This document shows, in pieces, positions 55,036 through 64,000 of a stretch of DNA of 64,000 nucleotides. This stretch comes from Williopsis jadinii (taxonomy: Eukaryota). A program made the position numbers and the translations under genes. The notes under the pieces were generated by a model. It worked only from the letters and a program-made list of their open reading frames with translations, searched no databases and had not been told where the DNA came from. Numbering within the stretch: position 1 is the stretch's first letter; every line of letters begins with the position of its first letter. The DNA lies in the NCBI GenBank assembly GCA_024346625.1, contig AP024664.1, positions 3,410,001 through 3,474,000 of the forward strand. The letters run 5' to 3'.

Positions 55036-56741
55036 AGTATGAATAAGGCCGATCTTACACCACAATTTTTATGGATTATAAGTTTTGTATTTAGAGTAAT
55101 CATATGATATTACTGTTTGTTCATGTAACGTGGTAGGTTGTAGCCTCAGACTAGATCCTATGGGCGTGATGGACGCCCTATCAGCCGGTTGTTACGCGAT
55201 AATTAGGATTGTGTAACTAGTTTAACAATCGTAAATACGACTAAATACCAACATTGGATCAGCAATGTATGTCTCTCTATGTGGAGAAAGAACCGGCGGT
55301 TTCACTATTGTTTGATAAACTTTAAAAGCGGCGTTCGGTATCCGTTCATTCGCCGAGCATTGCGCATTGTTACTACCGGCAAGATAATGTGTGCGATTGA
55401 AAACGCTCGTATTTTTACTTATCTGAAATGTTGTAAGTTTCTTAGCTTACTGGGGAGCTAGCAACGAAACCTTAAAAAAACTGCAATGCATGCCCAGCGT
55501 ATGGAGTAACGCAAATGTGCTCTTCGGGCTTCAGCTTGCGCTCTTTGAGATAATATCCACGCCACAACATATCACACACAGCCAACTAACTACCCCAAGT
55601 TTTTGATCTATTTCTTACTCTGTGTGCGTGCTGGTGACACTTTACTAGTAGCGTGAAACCTGACAGTAAGATAATTCTTAGACATTATCTTCTGAAAAGG
55701 ACAAGATAATAAGGTTAGCTGTTATCTAAACTAAAAGGTTAAACAGCATAAGGTTTTTGACGACTTCCCTTTTTGAACAACGTTAATAACATGCGACTCT
55801 TAATAATTATAATCCACATAATTTGGTGTTAAATCCGAAGGGCGAGTACCACACAAAGAGCGTCGATCTGTACACATAGAGCGTCGATCTGTACTTAAAC
55901 CCTAGTCTAAAATGGTGATCACTGATCACTAACGAAGTATTACCGGTGACCACCAGGCAGCTATAAAATAATTCCCGGTTCCCTTGGTAGTCAGAAGAGG
56001 GCCAACACAGCGAAAACCTTATCCGGCGAGCAGCTTGATAAAGTTTAAAGAGACTACAAAAGTTTCTCACCGATTACGATAGGATCATGCACCCTATTCC
56101 CAGCTACTCGTAGTCAGTCGAGCCCTCCACCTTAATGGCAATGAACTTCACATGATAATCGATGTAGAAAGCCATCGGGCCACCCACTCCTGGTCTTCCA
56201 AAAAAGAAAGAAAACGTAAAAGCAAAGCTCTCTTCCTGGCTTACCAGTTATAACCTTCCACAATGGGAATGGCAGATAAGGATGCAGATCATCAAATGGC
56301 ACAGCTGAAGCATCACCGTATTAAAAGCAAAAGTTAGATACTGGGTCACCTCTTCGGCGGTTTTTCCAACGCCTGTGTACTGTATTAGCACGATCCCGCA
56401 TAATAGAAGCATTTGTTCACACAGCACATCACAGCACATGGTAGTTAGCCAGCAACCTATTTTCGTAGCTACTTGGTCGGTGGCGGCCATCTGTGCAGAA
56501 GTTCCTGCTTTCATTGGTCTGCTTTATCGATGCGACACGCAGATCAACTTTGATATGTGATTATCAGTTCTGGATAAGATCTTTCAAACGGTGCACCCGA
56601 GTGCTTCAATCCCAGATTGTATATAAAGAGGAACAAGGGACGTTTCTTCCATTGTGGATACATCGCCGTTGTAATCCCGTCAATCCCGTCAATCCATAAA
56701 CAAGAAAAGGACAGGCTTATTCTTATAGCAGTAGAACAGTT

Positions 56742-58433
56742 ATGAGTGACGTTAAAACATCATCATCCGCTGTGGAGGCACATCCAGTGCTCTCATTGAG
56801 ATCGGTGACTTCTAAACATGCCGGTGTTGTCAACTATATCAACGCGCAGGAGGCTCATGATGAGTCTGAACTGCTCGCACAGATCGGCTACAAGGAGGAG
56901 TTGAACCGTAATATGAGTTCTCTTCAGGTTTTTGGAATTGCGTTCTCGATCATGGGTCTTCTGCCTTCGATTGCGTCGACCATGATCACGGGCTTGACTG
57001 GTGGTCCTGCAACATTTCTCTGGGGCTGGTTTCTGGGTGGATTCTTCATCGTGGCCATTGGTTATTCCATGTCTGAGTTGGCTAGCGCAATTCCAACGTC
57101 TGGAGGGTTGTACTATTGGACTTATTACTATGCTCCACCAAAGTGGAAGACATTGTTGTCGTTTGTTATCGGTATTTCAAACTCTTTAGCCCTTGCTGGT
57201 GGTGTTTGTTCGATCACGTACGGGTTGGCGGTTCAGATCTTAAGTGCGGTGTTTACAGCAAATGATGGTGACTTTAACATCACAGATGGTGAAATCTATG
57301 GTGTTTTTGCAGCTGGAATTGTTTTGGAGCTTACTGTTGCGTGTTTAGCATCTGGGTTTGTTGCCAAACTACAGTCTGCTTCGATCATTGCCAACAATAT
57401 CCTGATTGTGATCTTCTTCATTGCCTTGCCTATAGGAACTGCGAAGAACCGTTCTTTCAATGACGGTAAGTTCATCTTTGGACATTTCGAGAACATGACC
57501 GACTGGAGTGATGGCTGGACTTTCTTGTCGTGTGGTTTGATGCCAGTGGTGTGGACCATTGCAAGTTTTGATTCCTGTGTTCACATGTCAGAGGAAGCTA
57601 AGGACCCTTCAAGATCTGTCCCTCGTGGTATCCTTGGTGCAATTACTGGTTGTTGGTTCCTTGGTTTCTTCATCATAATCGTCTTGAACGCTTGTATGAA
57701 CCCGGATATTGCTGAAGTTATCTCAACACCTTCTGGTCAACCACTGACACAGGTGTTCTACGACTCTCTTGGTAGGAACTGGGCCGTTGCTTTCATATCT
57801 TTAACTGCATTTTGCCAGTTCCTCATGGGATGCAGTATCATGACTGCTATCTCCAGACAACTGTGGGCATTTGCCAGAGATGATGGCTTCGTGTTTTCCT
57901 CCTTCGTCAAAGTTGTCAACAAGAGACTTTCTGTTCCTTTAAGAGCTGTTGCTGCCTCAGCAATCATCAGTTTACTCATTGGACTGCTTATTCTCGTTGG
58001 TTCCACAGCAGCATCAGCGTTGTTCTCCATTGGTATTGTTGGTAATTACGTTGCCTGGATGACTCCTGTGATTCTTAGATACACCTCTGGAAAGGATATC
58101 TTCGTCCCAGGCAAGTTTCATTATGGTGCTAAAATGTCATTTTGCATTAACTTCATTGCACTTGCATTCCAAGCGTTCCTTATTGTTCTTGCCTGCTTCC
58201 CAAGCACCAGACATCCAGATAAAGACACCATGAACTACGCTGTTGTCATCAACTGTGGCATCTGGATCCTTTCCGTTGTTTATTACTTCACATACAAGAA
58301 AAAGTACTACACAGGTCCAAAATCCAATTTGGACGAGGAAGTTTACCTTGATACTATTAACGGTGTTGAAGGTTCATCTGAAGACCAAATAGACACAGTC
58401 TTGTCCTCATCAAAGGCAGATAAATACGCTTGA
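56742..58433 (+). CDS. UGA4: GABA/amino-acid permease (APC/ACT family), Uga4-like copy 1
   Basis: Motifs LAQIGYKEELNR, FGIAFSIMGLLPSIAS, ELASAIPTSGGLYYW, FDSCVHMSEEA and YTGPKSN. Confidence 0.85.
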   Translation: MSDVKTSSSAVEAHPVLSLRSVTSKHAGVVNYINAQEAHDESELLAQIGYKEELNRNMSSLQVFGIAFSIMGLLPSIASTMITGLTGGPATFLWGWFLGGFFIVAIGYSMSELASAIPTSGGLYYWTYYYAPPKWKTLLSFVIGISNSLALAGGVCSITYGLAVQILSAVFTANDGDFNITDGEIYGVFAAGIVLELTVACLASGFVAKLQSASIIANNILIVIFFIALPIGTAKNRSFNDGKFIFGHFENMTDWSDGWTFLSCGLMPVVWTIASFDSCVHMSEEAKDPSRSVPRGILGAITGCWFLGFFIIIVLNACMNPDIAEVISTPSGQPLTQVFYDSLGRNWAVAFISLTAFCQFLMGCSIMTAISRQLWAFARDDGFVFSSFVKVVNKRLSVPLRAVAASAIISLLIGLLILVGSTAASALFSIGIVGNYVAWMTPVILRYTSGKDIFVPGKFHYGAKMSFCINFIALAFQAFLIVLACFPSTRHPDKDTMNYAVVINCGIWILSVVYYFTYKKKYYTGPKSNLDEEVYLDTINGVEGSSEDQIDTVLSSSKADKYA

Positions 58434-58491
58434 GTACGGGTTAATAATGATTGAGCTCTCTTGTTTCTTATACTGTTTGTACTAAAGGTAT

Positions 58492-58536
58492 TTAAGATGC
58501 TGCCCTCCATTTGTGTTGAACCATAAGAACGCACAT
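58492..58536 (-). pseudogene. 3' remnant of the BSC6-like gene carried in the UGA4 duplication
   Basis: Reads MCVLMVQHKWRAAS*, versus IYVPTVQRKWRAAS* at 62647-62691. Confidence 0.8.
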
Positions 58537-59016
58537 GTTGACCTGTATAGCTTCAGTATGGTGAACGCGATTTGGACCTTCCCGATCAACTTGCTTTGCG
58601 TGGCCTTTCGGGTATTGGCTTTAATATCTGGTTCCTCGTTAATAGGATGCCTTTGGAACTTTCCAAATCTGCTCTTGAAGAGTTTCCTGTAACCGTAGCG
58701 TAAGATTTCGTATATATAGTCGCAAGCGTGTGAATTGTGTGGATAATTAGAACGATACTAATCTAAGTCCCGTTAGTATGGAAAAGATTTCTCTCGCCCT
58801 TATGTGTGTGGCGACTTTTCAAACACTTCACTGATCACTATGTGATCACCTTGGTTATTGCATAGACCTTTGGTCAAAAGCATGCAGGAGTTATTTACGT
58901 AGGTCAACCTTGAGCGTGTAATGTAAATCTGGCCATGAACAGACCATGGCTGATCCTTTTGTAGACCAACTTTGTCTGTAAGAGTTGATCCTGTGACTTG
59001 ATGGTCATGGCGAAGC

Positions 59017-59536
59017 AACGTCCTTGCACTTTTAAGGTTGTTGGGGGTAACGAAGGACCAGAGTTATATAGTACGAAAATGAATGAGGGGGGGGGGGGTT
59101 ATTTAGCAAGAACAACCAATTTAATCAAGCTGAAGGTCGTTACATATGATGGTATAGATCAGTGTGACTGTTTGACCCCGTAGATGTTCTTAATTTTGTT
59201 TTGTTGTTGAGATATAAGCAAATATTTCCTGTTTTTTGATGAATTTGACCAATTTATGAATGATTACATCCCTGGAAGTATTGAGGATCGCATGCTCTCA
59301 GACTTGGTGGATCTCTTACATGGTGTGTCGAACAAGGATTGTCATGCTTGGGGAGCATTTGGAGACCGAACCGGTATTGTTATTAGCATCATTCTAATAT
59401 GAATGACTGTATCTCATAGAGTATTGAACATTGCATGCCCATACTCTGTGTATCTCTTAGTTGGTGTGTGGGCTACGGTTTGGCACACTTGAGGTAATTT
59501 CAAGGCCGATTTGCAATTTTTATTAGTATCATTCTA
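59017..59536. repeat. Dispersed degenerate repeat, copy B, with a tandemly duplicated ~140-bp terminal subunit
   Basis: Homologous to 37288-37660. The subunit ATGAATG..TATTAGYATCATTCTA occurs at about 59256-59398 and 59399-59536. Confidence 0.75.
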
Positions 59537-60896
59537 CTTTGTTGGTGTGATGTAATATATATAAGTTGTGGCCTCAGAGTAGACACTATGTAGGGAATTA
59601 TCAGCTGGTTGTTCTGCCTTGATCGGGACTGTGTAACTAGTTTAACAATCTCAACCGCAATCAAATACCAAAATCGGATTAATAGTGTATATCTGTCTAT
59701 ATCGATCTCAGCCGCGCCGTTCCACTATTCTCTGATACACTTAGAAGTGTTCGAAGTGTTCGGGGTCCATTTTACTGCTCAAGCACTGCACATTGTGGCC
59801 ACGCGTTAGTTAATGCGCGGAATTGGAGACATTTTTGTTTCTGTTTGTGTGAAACGTTGTTCGAACCCACCTTACTGGGAGTCCTGACCGAGACTTATAC
59901 GTTCTGCAATCCACGCATAGAGTGCGGATCAATGCAAAGAGCATTGATCTGTACATTTAGAGGGAATCGCTTACGTAAACCTTAGTTTACAGTGGCAATC
60001 ACTGATTACGATTAGTTTTGTTATGGCTAGTGATCAGCAATCAATAACGGAGTATCGCCAGTGATGGCCAAGCGGTTGTAAAATAATTTCCGGTTCCCTT
60101 GACAGTCGGGAGAGGACCAACTTCACAAAAAACTCCGCGCGGCAAGTAACTTAATAAAGTAGACGACTCCTTGAATGCTCCTCACAGATTAGGATAGAAT
60201 GATGGACCATATTCCCAGATGGTCATAGTCAGTCACACCTTTCACCTTAATGACAATGCACTTTACATGGCAGCCAAACAGGTGGACCCATCATTGTAGA
60301 AAGCCATCGGGCCATCCACACCTAATCTGCCGCCCCCCAAAAAAAGAAACAAAGACAAACTAAGCAAAACTCCCTGCTTAGGTTACCGGTTAGCACCTTC
60401 CACATTAGGAATGGCAGATAAGGATTCAAATCACAATAGGGCATAGCGAAGACGTCACAACACTAAAAGCAACAGTTAGATACAGGGCCATTTCTCGGCT
60501 GTGCCTCTATATTCCGTGTAATTCATGAGCAGGATCCCACGTAGCAGATGCTCTTGGCCCCACAACACATGGTAGTTTCAACCAGCGACCTATTTTTGCA
60601 GCTATTTGGTGGGCAAGGGCCGTTTGCGCGGAAGCTCTTGCTTTCATTGGCCTGCTTTATCGATGCGACACGCAAGTAAACTTTGATATGTGATTATCTG
60701 TTCTCGAGGAGATCTTTTAAACGGTGTCCCCGTGTGCCTCAATCCGAGATTATATATAAAGAGGAAGAATGTCACGTTTCTGCCATAGTAGCCATAGTCA
60801 TAGCCATAGCCATAGCCACGCTAGCCGTCCTGTCGATCAACTCAATCTATAAACGATAAACCAAGACCGGTGTATTGTCATAGCAACAGGACAGTT

Positions 60897-62588
60897 ATGA
60901 GTGACGTTAAAACATCATCATCCGCTGTGGAGGCACACCCGGTGCTCTCACTAAGGTCGGTAACCTCTCAACACGCCGGTGTTGTCAACTATATCAATGC
61001 CCAGGAAGCTCATGATGAGTCTGAACTGCTCGCACAGATCGGTTATAAGGAGGAGCTGAACCGTAATATGAGCCCTCTTCAAGTGTTTGGCATTGCGTTC
61101 TCAATCATGGGTCTTCTGCCTTCGATTGCGTCGACCATGTTGACGGGTTTGACTGGAGGTCCTGCAACATTTCTCTGGGGCTGGTTTCTCGGTGGCTTCT
61201 TCATCGTGGCCATTGGTTATTCCATGGCTGAGCTGGCGAGCGCAATTCCAACATCTGGAGGGTTGTACTATTGGACTTACCACTATGCACCACCAAAGTG
61301 GAAGGCGTTGTTGTCGTTTGTTATTGGCATTTCAAACTCTTTAGCCCTTGCTGGTGGTGTTTGTTCGATCACGTACGGGTTGGCAGTTCAGATCTTAAGT
61401 GCCGTGTTTACGGCAAAGGATGGTGACTTCAACATCACAGATGGTGATATCTATGGTGTTTTTGCCGGATGTATTGTTTTGGAGCTTGTTGTCGCATGCC
61501 TAGCATCTGGGTTTGTTGCTAGGCTACAGTCAACTTCAATCATTGCCAACAATATCCTGATTGTGATCTTCTTCATTGCCTTACCTATTGGAACTGCAAA
61601 GAACCGTTCTTTCAATGACGGTAAGTTCATCTTTGGACATTTCGAGAACTTAACTGACTGGAGTGATGGCTGGACTTTCTTGTCGTGTGGTTTGATGCCA
61701 GTGGTGTGGACCATTGCTGGTTTTGATTCCTGTGTCCATATGTCAGAGGAAGCCAAGGATCCTTCAAGATCTGTCCCTCGTGGTATCCTTGGTGCAATTA
61801 CTGGCTGCTGGATCATGGGATTCTTCATCATAATCGTCTTGAACGCTTGTATGAACCCAGATACTGCTGAACTCATCTCAACACCTTCTGGTCAACCACT
61901 TACACAAGTGTTCTACGACTCTCTCGGCAAGAACTGGGCCATTGCTTTCATATCTTTAACTGCAATTTGCCAGTTCCTCATGGGATGCAGTATCATGACT
62001 GCTATCTCCAGACAGCTGTGGGCTTTTGCTAGAGATGATGGCTTCGTGTTTTCCTCGTTTGTCAAGGTTGTCAACAAGAGACTTTCTGTACCTTTAAGAG
62101 CTGTTGTTGCCTCTGCAATCATCAGTTTACTCATTGGACTGCTTATTCTCGTTGGTTCCACAGCAGCAGCAGCACTTTTCTCTATTGGTGTTGTTGGTAA
62201 CTACGTTGCCTGGATGACTCCTGTGATTCTGAGATACACCTCTGGAAAGGATATCTTCACTCCAGGTAAGTTCCATCATGGTGCTACGATCTCACGTTGT
62301 GTCAACTTCACAGCAATTGCATTCCAAGTATTCATTATTGTTCTTGCCTGTTTCCCAAGCACCAGACATCCAGATAAGGATACGATGAACTACGCTGCTG
62401 TCATCAACTGTGGCATCTGGATCCTTGCAGTAGTTTATTACTTGGTCTATAAGAGAAAGTACTACACAGGTCCAAAGTCCAATTTGGACGAAGAAGTTTA
62501 CCTTGATGCTATCAACGGTGCTGAAGGTTCATCTGAAGACCAAATAGACACAGTTTTGTCCTCATCAAAGGCAGATAAATACGCTTGA
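60897..62588 (+). CDS. UGA4: Uga4-like permease copy 2
   Basis: ATG at 60897. Same length as copy 1 (563 aa) and nearly identical. Confidence 0.85.
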   Translation: MSDVKTSSSAVEAHPVLSLRSVTSQHAGVVNYINAQEAHDESELLAQIGYKEELNRNMSPLQVFGIAFSIMGLLPSIASTMLTGLTGGPATFLWGWFLGGFFIVAIGYSMAELASAIPTSGGLYYWTYHYAPPKWKALLSFVIGISNSLALAGGVCSITYGLAVQILSAVFTAKDGDFNITDGDIYGVFAGCIVLELVVACLASGFVARLQSTSIIANNILIVIFFIALPIGTAKNRSFNDGKFIFGHFENLTDWSDGWTFLSCGLMPVVWTIAGFDSCVHMSEEAKDPSRSVPRGILGAITGCWIMGFFIIIVLNACMNPDTAELISTPSGQPLTQVFYDSLGKNWAIAFISLTAICQFLMGCSIMTAISRQLWAFARDDGFVFSSFVKVVNKRLSVPLRAVVASAIISLLIGLLILVGSTAAAALFSIGVVGNYVAWMTPVILRYTSGKDIFTPGKFHHGATISRCVNFTAIAFQVFIIVLACFPSTRHPDKDTMNYAAVINCGIWILAVVYYLVYKRKYYTGPKSNLDEEVYLDAINGAEGSSEDQIDTVLSSSKADKYA

Positions 62589-62646
62589 GTATGAGTTAAT
62601 AATGATTGAGTTCTTTTGTTTATTATACTGTTTGTAGTAATGGTAT

Positions 62647-63996
62647 CTAAGATGCTGCCCTCCATTTACGTTGAACCGTGGGAACGTATATAGGAACGAG
62701 CATCCAAATGGCACAGTACCCTGCAATGATCAAGTCTATGTATATCAAAAGGTATTCGAACCCAGTGATTCGTGAGATTGCACCAATAGTAAATGGTAGA
62801 ACGGCAGATCCAGTACCACCCAATGAAGTTGCCAAACCGACACCACTCACCTGAAGTTGAGTTGGCAAAGTCTTCAACAGCGTTATGTTTGAAGTTGGGA
62901 ACAATGGGCCGACAAAGACACCAGACATAAACACTAAAGGCTTCACAATGAGAGTGTAATGATCTCCTGTGTATGCCATTGAATAGACAGCAAACGTGGT
63001 GAAGAAGAACAAACTGAGGAGTGAATATCCCAAGTTTGCAGTGTACTCATTACCAAATCTTTTCGTTACAAATCCCAGTAGCATTCTGCCACATGTGAGA
63101 CCAATCCAGAACCAGCTGACAACGAACGCTGCCTCTTGTTGTTCCATAGACTTGATGGTCCTCAGATATGTGAGCAACCACGAACCAACACCCAGTTCTG
63201 CTCCGATGTAGAGGAAGAGATAGGCACACGTTATTGGGACAATGGGGCTCTTGAATATGTCCCAGAGAGACGCCTCGCCTTTGGTGTCGTCACCTTCAGT
63301 TGAATGGGCCCTATACTTGTCCTTTGTTTCATCACGGAATAGTACTACAACAGCAAGTAGTCCGATAAACGATAGCGTCGCCAATAGGGCATAGTGCAGC
63401 CTATACCCCCAGTGCTTCAAGATCCAGCTAACCAAAGGTGGAGAAATGACACTACCAACGCCATAAAACCCGTGTAACAGTCCCATAAGCTCGTTATGGT
63501 CAACCAAGTCGCTCAAAAATACATTGACACAACTGTCAAGAAGCCCCATACCCATGCCGTAGAACAGATGGAGGCCAATGTACAAAGGGAGGTATTCTGT
63601 GATGCTGATGATCAGGAAGGACATTGCAAGCAGTAACGTGGCAATGGTCATAACACCAAACCTCCCACAATGCCAGTGCAGTTTCTCGTTGGACAGTGCC
63701 GATGATGAGTAGCCAAGGAATTGCAGCATGAATACGATGCTGACAACGGTCTGCGAAGTGCGGTAATGTGTGACCAAGTAGGGCAGCAGAGTACCCACGG
63801 TCTGATCACATAGTCCAGCGACTATGAACAGTGAAAAGCTAGTCAGGATCTGTAGTCTCAGTCGTAGTGATCGTCTCCAGTCCTTATCGTCCCGATTGGA
63901 GGGCATCGGGAGTGGAGTGTCATCGGTACCGGCGTTGGAGTCCGCATCGAGCAGGAACTCTCTCAGTTCGTATTCGTTATCCTTTGTGTTTCCCAT
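62647..63996 (-). CDS. BSC6: MFS transporter, Bsc6/FucP-like
   Basis: Motifs GLCDQTVGTLLP, MGLLHGFYGVGSVISP, YLFLYIGAELGVGSW and FWIGLTCGR. The 5' end lies at the window edge. Confidence 0.7.
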   Translation of the reverse strand: MGNTKDNEYELREFLLDADSNAGTDDTPLPMPSNRDDKDWRRSLRLRLQILTSFSLFIVAGLCDQTVGTLLPYLVTHYRTSQTVVSIVFMLQFLGYSSSALSNEKLHWHCGRFGVMTIATLLLAMSFLIISITEYLPLYIGLHLFYGMGMGLLDSCVNVFLSDLVDHNELMGLLHGFYGVGSVISPPLVSWILKHWGYRLHYALLATLSFIGLLAVVVLFRDETKDKYRAHSTEGDDTKGEASLWDIFKSPIVPITCAYLFLYIGAELGVGSWLLTYLRTIKSMEQQEAAFVVSWFWIGLTCGRMLLGFVTKRFGNEYTANLGYSLLSLFFFTTFAVYSMAYTGDHYTLIVKPLVFMSGVFVGPLFPTSNITLLKTLPTQLQVSGVGLATSLGGTGSAVLPFTIGAISRITGFEYLLIYIDLIIAGYCAIWMLVPIYVPTVQRKWRAAS

Positions 63997-64000
63997 ACTA

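Noticed and set aside
55857..55894. Direct repeat AGAGCGTCGATCTGTAC x2, plus microsatellites at about 56673 and 60782
   Set aside because: Simple slippage duplications with no evidence of function.
59859..59868. B-box-like GTTCGAACCC
   Set aside because: No tRNA structure, and not conserved in the paralogous promoter.

Overview
This is gene-dense ascomycete budding-yeast (Saccharomycotina) chromosomal DNA. CTG is read as Leu, and the HIS3 sequence and intron style suggest a Cyberlindnera jadinii/Candida utilis-like genome (recalled, not verified). I support 31 protein-coding genes: two AIM25-like scramblases, a UCH37-type deubiquitinase, PBI2 (4 exons), AMS1, CDC43, an Ish1-motif microprotein, SOD1, a PDI-family protein, ERD2, ALY1/2, EXO70, two NtaA/DszA-type flavin monooxygenases, USE1, a FAA2-like acyl-CoA synthetase, ORC3, two CPS1-like peptidases, a SEO1/FEN2-like permease, LPL1, MRP51, HIS3, MRM1, a SAP155-like gene, SHE10, MYO2, two UGA4-like permeases and a BSC6-like MFS transporter. 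Nine spliceosomal introns were resolved by hand; PBI2 is absent from the ORF track and the Ish1-motif protein appears only unspliced. Highlights: (i) a tandem pair of bacterial-luciferase-family monooxygenases with Met31/32 and Cbf1 sites (candidate organosulfur-scavenging locus) and a probable gene-conversion tract; (ii) a ~22% GC non-coding trough between convergent genes (candidate centromere or origin); (iii) a dispersed ~370-bp degenerate repeat, one copy of which lies at the junction of the UGA4 tandem duplication; (iv) four tandem paralogue pairs with diverged targeting or promoters. I recognised no tRNA, rRNA, CRISPR array or intact transposon. All calls come from reading the sequence; no searches were run.
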